The position numbers and the translations under genes are program-made. From assembly GCF_001677475.2 (NCBI RefSeq), contig NZ_CP015229.1: 64,000 nucleotides of DNA. One strand, written 5' to 3'. A model generated the notes under the pieces. It was not told the origin of the DNA and searched no databases. It was given only the letters and a program-made list of their open reading frames with translations. Shown in pieces: positions 10,697-19,264 of the stretch. The stretch comes from Escherichia coli. Its GTDB lineage: Bacteria > Pseudomonadota > Gammaproteobacteria > Enterobacterales > Enterobacteriaceae. Each line of letters begins with the position of its first letter. The stretch's first letter is position 1.

Positions 10697-10984
10697 ATGA
10701 TAATCCCTCGCAAAAGATGGTCACGTGAAGACCGGGAATTTATCGAAGCCAGTGTCGGGAAAATGACTGTTGAAGAAATGGCGAAAAAACTGAACGTTGC
10801 CACAAGCGCCCTGCGGGCACATGCCAGAAGGTACGGAATATCGTTGTGTGTATACAAAATCAGTGAGCACGACAAATATTTGTGTCGTGAACTTTATAAA
10901 GAAGGGGTGGCTATTCATGTCATTGCCCAAAAGATGGAATTAAGCAATCGGGCTGTATCCAGCATTGTATACAGAGAATATTAA
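10697..10984 (+). CDS. Hypothetical early protein with HTH-like repeats (95 aa)
   Basis: ORF track; RBS AAGGAGGG upstream; two helix-turn-helix-like segments. Confidence 0.4.
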   Translation: MIIPRKRWSREDREFIEASVGKMTVEEMAKKLNVATSALRAHARRYGISLCVYKISEHDKYLCRELYKEGVAIHVIAQKMELSNRAVSSIVYREY

Positions 10985-11004
10985 TTAACAGGAGCTTTAT
11001 TTAT

Positions 11005-11529
11005 ATGGCTAAACCAGCAAAACGAATCAGGAATGCCGCAGCAGCTTATGTTCCTCAATCCCGGGATGCCGTGGTGTGTGATATTCGCTGGATTGGTGAC
11101 CTGCAACGCGAAGCGGTACGACTTGAAACGGAAATGAATGACGCTATTGCTGAAATTACGGAGAAATACGCCTCACGGATTGCGCCGCTTAAAACCCGTA
11201 TTGAAACCCTTTCAAAAGGCGTTCAGGGGTGGTGTGAAGCGAACCGTGACGAACTGACGAACGGCGGCAAGGTGAAGACGGCCAACCTGGTAACCGGCGA
11301 TGTGTCATGGCGTCAGCGCCCACCATCGGTAAGTATTCGCGGTGTGGATGCGGTGATGGAAACGCTGGAGCGTCTTGGCCTGCAACGCTTTATTCGCACG
11401 AAACAGGAAATCAACAAGGAAGCGATTTTACTGGAACCGAAAGCGGTCGCAGGTGTTGCCGGAATTACAGTTAAATCGGGCATTGAAGATTTTTCTATTA
11501 TTCCGTTTGAACAGGAAGCCGGTATTTAA
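11005..11529 (+). CDS. gam: Gam-like host-nuclease inhibitor (DNA-end-binding protein)
   Basis: 174 aa, same size and early-region position as Mu Gam; sequence strongly reminiscent of the Mu Gam family (recollection, not searched). Confidence 0.6.
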   Translation: MAKPAKRIRNAAAAYVPQSRDAVVCDIRWIGDLQREAVRLETEMNDAIAEITEKYASRIAPLKTRIETLSKGVQGWCEANRDELTNGGKVKTANLVTGDVSWRQRPPSVSIRGVDAVMETLERLGLQRFIRTKQEINKEAILLEPKAVAGVAGITVKSGIEDFSIIPFEQEAGI

Positions 11530-11627
11530 TACCACCACAAATATTTAATTAGTTCACTTTCTTTTAATTATGGCGCGATGCGTCAGGGGATTGCTCGCGC
11601 CTGAATCTGATATACGGGATATAAAAA

Positions 11628-12170
11628 ATGATTAATACAAAAGTTCTGAGCGGCGTCAGCACATTATTACAGGTTTACGGGCGTCTGACCTGCGGCGTTC
11701 TGGCTGAAAAAATGAAGATGCCACCTTCCTCAATGGTGTATTTCCTGCGTGATGCGGTTGATGCCGGAGTTCTCACTGAATGCAACGGATTTTATGACGT
11801 TCCGCGCCCTCGTCCAACGCCGCCAGTAAGACGAAACGCAACAACTGAACACCCCGATGTTGATGATGCTCAATGGTGCGCGTTCCGCCGCTCTTTGCCC
11901 TGGCTGGAAGGCAATGCCATTCCGGCACTGGCAAAAGAATTCGCGACAGGCGTACTGACCTGCGAGTCGGTTTACATCGTTGCTGAAGTGGATGACGAGA
12001 TGTGCAAACAGGGAATGCCCCGTTTTGTGATGGCTTATATCGATATCCGGCTGGGTCGTTTTATTTGTGGCTCCAGTGGCTGGAATATCACCGACCACAT
12101 CCTGCGCTATCTCATTCTTGATTATTCACCGGTTCCGGCAGAAACACAGGAAATCAGCGAGCATGGTTAA
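11628..12170 (+). CDS. Hypothetical early protein (180 aa)
   Basis: ORF track; ATG start. Confidence 0.4.
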   Translation: MINTKVLSGVSTLLQVYGRLTCGVLAEKMKMPPSSMVYFLRDAVDAGVLTECNGFYDVPRPRPTPPVRRNATTEHPDVDDAQWCAFRRSLPWLEGNAIPALAKEFATGVLTCESVYIVAEVDDEMCKQGMPRFVMAYIDIRLGRFICGSSGWNITDHILRYLILDYSPVPAETQEISEHG

Positions 12171-12345
12171 GTCAACTGGCTTTGTCCTGCTGGTTGGCAC
12201 CTGCGGGAATGATGCCTGTGATGCCATTCCGGTAACGGAAAAAATCTGGCCCACAGAGCAGACATGTATGCAGGTGCAGGAACGCTTACAAAAACGCTAT
12301 CCCGGTGAAGTTTTTTATTGCGAAGAGGTATTACGAAATGAGTAA
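12163..12345 (+). CDS. Small hypothetical protein (60 aa)
   Basis: ATG at 12163 overlapping the preceding stop; ORF-track entry 12067-12345 trimmed to this internal start. Confidence 0.3.
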   Translation: MVKSTGFVLLVGTCGNDACDAIPVTEKIWPTEQTCMQVQERLQKRYPGEVFYCEEVLRNE

Positions 12346-12700
12346 GCATATTTATGACGACCCTAAATATCGGGCTGAAATGCGGGCGCAACTGGTTGTC
12401 AGTGGATATACACCGGAGCAGGCCGATACAACTATGACAGAACTGATGGGACAGCTTCCATTTGATGAAGCTGAATATGAATACTGGCTGAAGCGGTACA
12501 AGCTGGAAATTATGGAAAATACCACACTTCCATCGCTGATCAGAATAATAAAAAGCGTTGTCGACAATGCTTGTTATAGCGGTGATTGTCTGGCCGCAGC
12601 AATTGCGACCCATGCTCTGGTGAATCTGCTGGAGGTTACCGGCGCAGTTTTCCTGAATCCTGAAAAGGTATTAAGAGATGAAAATACAGATGATTACTGA
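12338..12700 (+). CDS. Hypothetical early protein (120 aa)
   Basis: ATG at 12338 overlapping previous stop (translational coupling). Confidence 0.4.
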   Translation: MSKHIYDDPKYRAEMRAQLVVSGYTPEQADTTMTELMGQLPFDEAEYEYWLKRYKLEIMENTTLPSLIRIIKSVVDNACYSGDCLAAAIATHALVNLLEVTGAVFLNPEKVLRDENTDDY

Positions 12701-13013
12701 TGCTGATTTAATGGCTGCAACCTTAGTTTCCAGTGGCATGTCAGAACAAAAGGTAAATGATTTTCTGGATAATGTCGTATACCAACACTATGAGCAGGCC
12801 AGAGAAAATTTAATTTCGGAAAAGCTCACGATGATTGCTGAATCATTAAGCCCTGCATGGATTATCGAAGAGTTGCGGGGAATCATTGCCAGCCATGATA
12901 AAGTGGCGGCAGTTGCCGCCCTCGATGTGCTACAGCGAATGAGTAAAGAGCTATTCAACACTGAATTAATTTTTAAATCCGGGGGACATAATGAGCCGCA
13001 CATCCCTGATTAA
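12678..13013 (+). CDS. Hypothetical early protein (111 aa)
   Basis: ORF track; overlaps neighbouring genes by a few codons. Confidence 0.4.
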   Translation: MKIQMITDADLMAATLVSSGMSEQKVNDFLDNVVYQHYEQARENLISEKLTMIAESLSPAWIIEELRGIIASHDKVAAVAALDVLQRMSKELFNTELIFKSGGHNEPHIPD

Positions 13014-13542
13014 ATTAATTCATGTTGCCCGTCGGGAGTTGCAACTCGACGATGACACTTACCGCGCCTTTCTGGTGCAGTGCACAGGCAAGACCAGTTG
13101 CCGCGAGCTGACCTTCGCACAACTGGAACTGGTGCTCGATGCCATGAAAGAGCGCGGTTTTAAGAAGCAGAAAAAACATCCCCGCCGTCGCTTTAAGGGG
13201 CATGTCACACCACGCGAGAAGATTTACAAAATCTGGCAGCAGATGTTTCTTGATGGTTTCGTCTCCGATATCAGCGACGCCGCGCTGGACAAATACGTTG
13301 AACGCCTGACGGCCAGACGTAATGGCGGTCAGGGTGTTTCCACGCTGGTCTGGTGTCACGGGGAATCGTTGCAGGTTGTGCTCGAAACGCTCAAGCAGTG
13401 GCACATGCGCTGCATCCGGGAAGCCTTTGCCCGACATGGTGTGCCGTTACCTGCAAGCCCATCCGGGCGGGAACTACGCGGATATGATGCACTGACCAGT
13501 GCATATGCCCGCGCACGAAACAGCGGGAGAATTGCTGTATGA
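12991..13542 (+). CDS. gemA: GemA-like (Mu gp16 / DUF1018) regulatory protein
   Basis: 183 aa directly upstream of mor, as in Mu; assignment from position and sequence recollection. Confidence 0.5.
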   Translation: MSRTSLIKLIHVARRELQLDDDTYRAFLVQCTGKTSCRELTFAQLELVLDAMKERGFKKQKKHPRRRFKGHVTPREKIYKIWQQMFLDGFVSDISDAALDKYVERLTARRNGGQGVSTLVWCHGESLQVVLETLKQWHMRCIREAFARHGVPLPASPSGRELRGYDALTSAYARARNSGRIAV

Positions 13543-13988
13543 AACAGATGAAAGAGCAGGATTTATTCGAAGACCTTCGGGACGACAGCGTTCTGGAATA
13601 TCTTCATGATTACCAGGAAAACACCGCTTATCCGGCGTTACTTTCTGAACTGAACGCACTGCTGCGTAAAGAGCTGGCCCGGATTGGCGCAGACCCTGCT
13701 CATTCCCTTGAGCTGGTTGTGGCGATTTGTCGCCATATCGGCGGGATGCAGGTTTATGTTCCGAGGGGGAATATTCTGGAGAATCTTGTCCGGGATATGC
13801 GTATCTGGCGTGATTTTAACGGTCATAATATTCCTGAACTGGTTCAGCGTTACGGGGTGACGTATAAAACCGTCTACAAGGCCATCAAACGGATGCGACG
13901 TCTGGAGCGCAATAAATACCAGCCGGATTTGTTTTACCCCTCCCCGAACCTGCCTCACCCCGTTCGTCGTCCACCACGACGCCCTTAA
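13539..13988 (+). CDS. mor: Mor/C-family transcriptional activator (middle operon regulator)
   Basis: 149 aa; Mor/C-family HTH region (...VYVPRGNILENLVRDMRIWRDFNGHNIPELVQRYGVTYKTVYKAIKRMRR); location before the lysis/late genes. Confidence 0.7.
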   Translation: MKQMKEQDLFEDLRDDSVLEYLHDYQENTAYPALLSELNALLRKELARIGADPAHSLELVVAICRHIGGMQVYVPRGNILENLVRDMRIWRDFNGHNIPELVQRYGVTYKTVYKAIKRMRRLERNKYQPDLFYPSPNLPHPVRRPPRRP

Positions 13989-13993
13989 TCAAT

Positions 13994-14018
13994 GAAGCCG
14001 GTAAATCCGGCTTTTTTT
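13994..14018 (+). terminator. Intrinsic terminator-like hairpin GAAGCCGG-TAAAT-CCGGCTTTTTTT after mor
   Basis: GC-rich inverted repeat followed by a T-run, directly after the mor stop. Confidence 0.6.
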
Positions 14019-14073
14019 ATGCCTCCGGCACCATGAAGCAGACCACGTTTAAATCTGCTTCACAGGTGCTTTT

Positions 14074-14670
14074 ATGGAAAATCAAAAATTCTCCCCGGCC
14101 TTTGAACATGCGCTGAATTTCATTCTGCGTCCCGATATCGAAGGCGTCTATGCCAATGACCCCACTGACCGTGGCGGTGAAACCAAATACGGCATTTCTG
14201 ACCGCCGCGACGGTGTGACTGACGGCAAAACCGATGTCAACGGCGACGGCAAACCGGATACCCGCATCAGGGATTTAACCCGCGAACAGGTTGCTCAGAT
14301 TTACTGGCGCGATTACTGGCTGCCTGCCGGATGTGACCAGTGGCCTGATGGCGTGGCGATGTTTGTGTTCGATGCGGCGGTTCAGCATGGCGTTAAAAAA
14401 GCTATCAGGATTTTGCAGGAAGCCGCGGATGTGGATGCTGACGGCATCATCGGCCCCCGTACCCGTAAGGCCGTGAGCCTGTCCACCCCGGACTGGCTGC
14501 TGGCCCGCTGCATTGTCCGTCGTTCCCGCTTTTATGCCGACATCATCAAGTCCAAACCCGCCCAGGGCAAATACCTGAACGGCTGGTTTAACCGCATGGA
14601 AAAGCTGACCGACGCCTGTCTGGAAATCATCGATACCCCTCCAGGCATCATGTCCGCCACGCGGGGGTGA
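14074..14670 (+). CDS. Endolysin (glycoside hydrolase family 108-like with peptidoglycan-binding domain)
   Basis: 198 aa; conserved N-terminal GH108-type region and PG-binding-like C-terminus; first gene of the late region. Confidence 0.7.
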   Translation: MENQKFSPAFEHALNFILRPDIEGVYANDPTDRGGETKYGISDRRDGVTDGKTDVNGDGKPDTRIRDLTREQVAQIYWRDYWLPAGCDQWPDGVAMFVFDAAVQHGVKKAIRILQEAADVDADGIIGPRTRKAVSLSTPDWLLARCIVRRSRFYADIIKSKPAQGKYLNGWFNRMEKLTDACLEIIDTPPGIMSATRG

Positions 14671-14671
14671 T

Positions 14672-14923
14672 ATGGGCAAAGGCTGGGATGCCTCTCTGAA
14701 AGCCGGGCGGCGCGACCGCCTGCGTCAGGAGGTTCTGCACCGCATGGCCGGAGGTCCGCCCCCGAAACCGCTGGACTATACCGGCCATGACGGCACACAC
14801 GCCAGCTACTACATGCGTGGCTGGAACTCCGTGGATACACGGGACATTTTCTGGCAGTGCCAGAAGTACAGGGAAAAATTCAATGTGGAAAAAGGTTATG
14901 AACAAAATTTTAAAACTGTGTGA
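14672..14923 (+). CDS. Hypothetical lysis-region protein (83 aa)
   Basis: ATG 2 nt after the endolysin stop. Confidence 0.35.
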   Translation: MGKGWDASLKAGRRDRLRQEVLHRMAGGPPPKPLDYTGHDGTHASYYMRGWNSVDTRDIFWQCQKYREKFNVEKGYEQNFKTV

Positions 14924-15308
14924 CTGGCTGATTTGTTCCCGACTGATGAGAACCCCATGGCCGCTGGCCGGACTGACGCTCTGTATGTTCATCATCAGCA
15001 TGTTATGTGGCTGGCGATCGTTCGTGTTGATGTTGTTGTCCTTTGCCGGGGTGGTGTTGTTTTCATACAGCGCAAGCCTCGGGAATGTGCCATTTCGCCT
15101 GCTGCCTGAGGTCCGTTACCGGGCTTTTGGTCGCCACATCATCGTGTGGTCATGGGTGGTCTGGGCGCTGGGATATTTCTGCTGCGTCTTCAGCACGCTG
15201 ATGATGATGTCACCGGCACACCCGGTGTTCTGGCTGTGTGGTGGCGGTTGCGGCGCTCTGCTCTGTCTTCAGCGTTATCTGTATGGAGGTTTCCCGTGGA
15301 TCCGTTAA
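14898..15308 (+). CDS. Multi-pass membrane protein, putative holin-like
   Basis: ORF 14787-15308 trimmed to ATG 14898; several hydrophobic segments; adjacent to endolysin. Confidence 0.35.
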   Translation: MNKILKLCDWLICSRLMRTPWPLAGLTLCMFIISMLCGWRSFVLMLLSFAGVVLFSYSASLGNVPFRLLPEVRYRAFGRHIIVWSWVVWALGYFCCVFSTLMMMSPAHPVFWLCGGGCGALLCLQRYLYGGFPWIR

Positions 15309-15904
15309 CCCTTTCAGGCATCGCCTCCGTTCTGCTGAAAGCCGGGCCGGGGCTGATTCGTTCCGTCGGGCGCTGGTTTGGTGGCGGTACATCTGCCGCC
15401 GCTGACTCGGTGGCCGGTATGGTGGAAAGCGTCCGGGAAAGCCTGCCGGTGGCTGAACAGCAGCGCGTTCTGGAACAGAAGATGGCGATGTTACCACCGG
15501 AACAACAGATACAACTGGAAACCCTGAAAATTCAGCTGCAACAACTGGAGGTGGAGCGGCAGAAGCTGGTGCTGGCTGACCAGCAGGCCGCACACCACGA
15601 ACAGCAGGAAACCATCCGCAATGGTGACAACGCCACGGACAGCTATGTGCGCCAGACGCGCCCGCTGCTGGCCCGCCTTTCCTGTTACAGCGGTCTGGCC
15701 TATGTGCTGTTGCTCTCCTGCGGCCAGATTGCCGGAGCCGTTGCCGGTGCCAGAGGTATCACGCTGCATATGCCAACACCGGACTGGGATATCACGCTGA
15801 TGTTGCTTACCCCTGCGCTGGGCTATCTCGGCGTGCGAACCCTTGACGGCTTTGCCCGTTACAGCAAATCAAGCCGTCACAAAATGTCTGCGGGGCTGAA
15901 ATGA
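15297..15904 (+). CDS. Membrane/coiled-coil protein, putative lysis accessory (spanin-like?)
   Basis: ORF 15146-15904 trimmed to GTG 15297 with GGAGG RBS; Gln/Leu-rich coiled coil plus C-terminal hydrophobic segments. Confidence 0.3.
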
Positions 15905-16128
15905 CCGATGAAATCGACCGCATCAGTGAAGTGGTTCTGAACGAGCGTCAGTGCGTCGTTAAAGCCTGGCAGACGCGGACAAAAGAAGCGCCCCACAGTC
16001 GGGGCTTCTGCAATGACTGCGGGAACGTTATTCCGGCACAGCGCCTTGCGGCGCTGCCGGATGTGGTGACCTGTATTGACTGCCAGCAGATGCGTGAGCG
16101 CAGGAGGAAGACATGTCCTGGGAAGTGA
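15901..16128 (+). CDS. TraR/DksA-family C4 zinc-finger protein
   Basis: 75 aa with CNDCGNVIP...CIDCQ four-Cys motif. Confidence 0.6.
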   Translation: MTDEIDRISEVVLNERQCVVKAWQTRTKEAPHSRGFCNDCGNVIPAQRLAALPDVVTCIDCQQMRERRRKTCPGK

Positions 16129-16418
16129 TCCGGGCCAACTGGCCCATTTTATGGGCGCTGTTGATGACAGCGATAAATTTGCTTCAGCTGATTCTGGCAA
16201 AGACTTACGTCAAACGCGAAGAGTTTGATTCGCTGCGTTCCCGTGTGTCGGTGATGGAAGGTCTGGTGAATCAGCTCCCCGACCGCAATGAATTTCACCG
16301 CCTGCAACTGGATATCAGCAACCTGCGGGGCGAAATCCGGGAACTGGGGCCATCCATACGCCAGGTTTCCCGCATCAGTGATTTGTTATTAGAGAACGAG
16401 TTAAAGGTAAAAAATTAA
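16113..16418 (+). CDS. Small membrane-anchored coiled-coil protein (DUF2730-like)
   Basis: 101 aa; N-terminal hydrophobic helix then coiled coil; common before Mu-like head genes. Confidence 0.4.
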   Translation: MSWEVIRANWPILWALLMTAINLLQLILAKTYVKREEFDSLRSRVSVMEGLVNQLPDRNEFHRLQLDISNLRGEIRELGPSIRQVSRISDLLLENELKVKN

Positions 16419-16711
16419 TGGCGATGAAAGAGATCCTCACTGAAGACCGTCGTCTGGTGTTGCTGCGTTCCCTGCTGGACTGTGGCGACAGCGCGAATGA
16501 ATCCGTGTTGCAGACCTGCCTTCAGGCTTATGGTCATAAGGTATCCCGTGATGTGGTGCGCACCCAGCTTGCATGGCTTCGCGAGCAGGGGTTGGTTCGT
16601 CTGTCTGATGTGGGCGGCTGTTACGTGGCTGAAATCACCGGCAGCGGCGAGGATGTGGCAAACGGCCTGTCCAGCGTTCCGGGCGTTAAAAAACCCCGTG
16701 CGAGGGGCTGA
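16418..16711 (+). CDS. Hypothetical protein (97 aa)
   Basis: ORF track; ATG overlapping the previous stop. Confidence 0.4.
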   Translation: MAMKEILTEDRRLVLLRSLLDCGDSANESVLQTCLQAYGHKVSRDVVRTQLAWLREQGLVRLSDVGGCYVAEITGSGEDVANGLSSVPGVKKPRARG

Positions 16712-16713
16712 GC

Positions 16714-17013
16714 ATGGCCCGAAAACTGAAGCCGTTAAGTCGCGGAGAACGGGCCGTCGTGCGGCAACTGGCGTACTGCCTTGTGCTGGCAGATATTGAG
16801 CAAAACGCCATTGTCCGTGCATACGAACAACAGACCGGAAAGCCCTGGAGCCCGGATGCACCGGACAGCCCCATGAAACGCTTTCTGCGGTCATCACCGG
16901 CATGTGCGCGGCTGTGGAAGCTGCTGGGTAAGGATATCCGGTCCGTTCGCGAAGAAATATACGCCGGTCTGAAAACACCGGGAACTGAAGACGGGGGCCG
17001 TCGTGAACCGTAA
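16714..17013 (+). CDS. Hypothetical protein (99 aa); frame stays open in-frame past its TAA
   Basis: ORF track; the same frame continues for about 49 codons after the TAA at 17011-17013. Confidence 0.35.
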   Translation: MARKLKPLSRGERAVVRQLAYCLVLADIEQNAIVRAYEQQTGKPWSPDAPDSPMKRFLRSSPACARLWKLLGKDIRSVREEIYAGLKTPGTEDGGRREP

Positions 17014-17150
17014 AAAGAATCCGATAAGTAAAGCGTCCCGTGATGAACTCCGCCGTCTGGCGCACAACCTGACATGGCGGGAAATCCAGAGCGGCGCGCT
17101 GAAATCTGCATACGAAAGTTTACAGCGTAGTGAGCAACAGGAGGGCAAAC

Positions 17151-17732
17151 ATGGAAAATGAACAACGCCCCACCCGTGGCCGTCTTTCCAAAGTGGATTT
17201 ACTCCCGGACAGCATCCGGGAGCAGTTGCATCAGATGCTGCGGGAAAAGCGGCACACGCAGGAAGAAATCCGCGAAGCCATCAACGCCCTGATTGACGAA
17301 CACAACCTGCCGGAAGAGATGCAGTTAAGCCGGACGGGTTTAAACCGTTATGCCAGCCGCATGGAAAAAGTCGGGGCCAAAATCCGCGCCTCCCGCGAAA
17401 TGGCCGAAGTCTGGGCGGCAAAGCTGGGTTCCGCGCCAACATCAGACGTCGGCAGGCTGCTGATGGAGTTTGTAAAAACGCTGGCCTTTGAAACGTCCAT
17501 GTCGATGGCAGAAGACGACAAACCTGTAGCACCAAAGGCGCTGGGGCAACTGGCGCTGGTTGCCCAGCGTCTGGAAGCGGCAGCCATGACCAGCCATAAA
17601 CGCGAGAAAGCGATCCGCGATGCGTTTGCACAGGAGATGGCTGAGAAAACCGAAGAGCTGGTCAGAACGGGTGGTCTGTCAGGCGGTGCGGCTGACACCA
17701 TCAAACGAGACATTCTGGGGATTAGCGCATGA
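17151..17732 (+). CDS. DUF3486-type protein (Mu gp27-like, putative small terminase subunit)
   Basis: ATG 17151 with AGGAGGG RBS (ORF-track start 17130 is an upstream GTG); N-terminus ...RGRLSKVDLLPDSIREQL typical of DUF3486; directly upstream of large terminase. Confidence 0.6.
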   Translation: MENEQRPTRGRLSKVDLLPDSIREQLHQMLREKRHTQEEIREAINALIDEHNLPEEMQLSRTGLNRYASRMEKVGAKIRASREMAEVWAAKLGSAPTSDVGRLLMEFVKTLAFETSMSMAEDDKPVAPKALGQLALVAQRLEAAAMTSHKREKAIRDAFAQEMAEKTEELVRTGGLSGGAADTIKRDILGISA

Positions 17733-19264
17733 CACAGATGAACACGTTCAGTGAATCCGATGTTCTGCTGCCGTATCAGAAACGCTGGGTGGCGGATGAT
17801 TCAAAACTGAAAATCGCCGAGAAATCACGCCGTACCGGGTTAACCTGGGCGGAAGCGGCAGATGCAGCACTGACCGCATCACTGAAGAAGGAAAACGGCG
17901 GGCGCGATCACTTTTATATCGGTTCGAATAAGGAGATGGCCCGCGAATTTATCGACGCCGTAGCGATGTGGGCGAAAGCGTTTAATGCGGCAGCGGAAGA
18001 AATCCGCGAGGAAGTGATCACCGACGAAGACATGGACATTCTGACGTTCGTCGTGTACTTCGCCAGCGGTTTTAAGGTCAAGGCGCTGTCCAGCAATCCG
18101 GGCAACATTCGCGGGATGCAGGGGAATGTCACCATCGACGAAGCGGCGTTTCATGAAAAACTGGATGAGGTACTCAAGGCGGTCACACCACTGACCACGT
18201 GGGGCGGTAAGGTTCGCCTTATCTCCACCCATGACGGCGTGGACAACCCGTTTAACCAGCTGATTCAGGAGAGCCGCGCAGGCAAAAAAGATTACCGTAT
18301 TCACACCATCACGCTGGATGACGCCTGCAGTGACGGGCTGTACCGGCGTATCTGTCAGGTACGCGGCATGGAGTGGTCACCGGAGGCCGAGGCGGAATGG
18401 AAAGAAGGCCTGCTGCGAAATACCGCCACCCGCGAAGACGCCCTGGAGGAATATTACTGCGTCCCGAAAAACGGCGGCGGCACGTATATCCCCCGCTCAA
18501 TGCGTGAACGTGCAGCCCGTGGCACCGGAAAAGTGTTGCGCTTTACCGGCACACCGGAATTTAACGCACTGACGGAAAGCCAGCGCCGGGCAGATATCCG
18601 GGAATGGCTGGAAACGGTGGTGCGCCCTGAACTGGAAAAACTCCCACAGAACCTGCGCCACTGTCTGGGGGAAGACTTTGCGCGTTCGGGTGACCTGACT
18701 GTGCTGGCCCCGGTGACGGTGAACGACGACACCACCCGCGAGGTGCCGTTCCTGGTTGAGCTTGCCAATGTGCCGTTTAAACAGCAGGAGCAGGTACTGT
18801 TCTGGCTTTGCGATCGTCTGCCCCGTCGTGACGGCATCAAAATGGATGCGCGGGGGAATGGTCAGTATCTGGCAGAACAGGCGGCGGAGCGGTACGGCGA
18901 CGAGGTGGAACAGGTGATGCTGTCCGTGGCGTTTTACCGTGAAAACATGCCCCGTTTCCGTGCGGCGTTTGAAGATGATGAGCTGATCCTTCCGAAGCAT
19001 GAAGACGTGATCAATGACCTCGGGGCCATTCAGTTACTGCGTGGCGTTCCCGGCATTGATGATTCACGAACCAGAGGCAGCGACGGTCACAAACGTCACG
19101 GCGACGCCGCTGTGGCCATTTTCCTGGGCTTCCTTGCCAGTAAAGATGACTGCCACCGTTACGAACTGCACCGTCTGAACCGCCCGGCGAAACCGGAAGA
19201 ACGCAACGCGCGCCGCCAGCTGAAGCTGACGCGCGGCCTGAAAAATGAGGGAGGTTTACTGTGA
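17729..19264 (+). CDS. Terminase large subunit (Mu gp28-like)
   Basis: 511 aa, between DUF3486 gene and portal gene; overlapping stop/start coupling. Confidence 0.7.
   Translation: MTQMNTFSESDVLLPYQKRWVADDSKLKIAEKSRRTGLTWAEAADAALTASLKKENGGRDHFYIGSNKEMAREFIDAVAMWAKAFNAAAEEIREEVITDEDMDILTFVVYFASGFKVKALSSNPGNIRGMQGNVTIDEAAFHEKLDEVLKAVTPLTTWGGKVRLISTHDGVDNPFNQLIQESRAGKKDYRIHTITLDDACSDGLYRRICQVRGMEWSPEAEAEWKEGLLRNTATREDALEEYYCVPKNGGGTYIPRSMRERAARGTGKVLRFTGTPEFNALTESQRRADIREWLETVVRPELEKLPQNLRHCLGEDFARSGDLTVLAPVTVNDDTTREVPFLVELANVPFKQQEQVLFWLCDRLPRRDGIKMDARGNGQYLAEQAAERYGDEVEQVMLSVAFYRENMPRFRAAFEDDELILPKHEDVINDLGAIQLLRGVPGIDDSRTRGSDGHKRHGDAAVAIFLGFLASKDDCHRYELHRLNRPAKPEERNARRQLKLTRGLKNEGGLL

Noticed and set aside
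14787-15904. Full extents of overlapping ORFs 14787-15308 and 15146-15904
   Set aside because: They overlap each other and the preceding gene in different frames; trimmed to internal starts (14898 ATG, 15297 GTG with GGAGG RBS).
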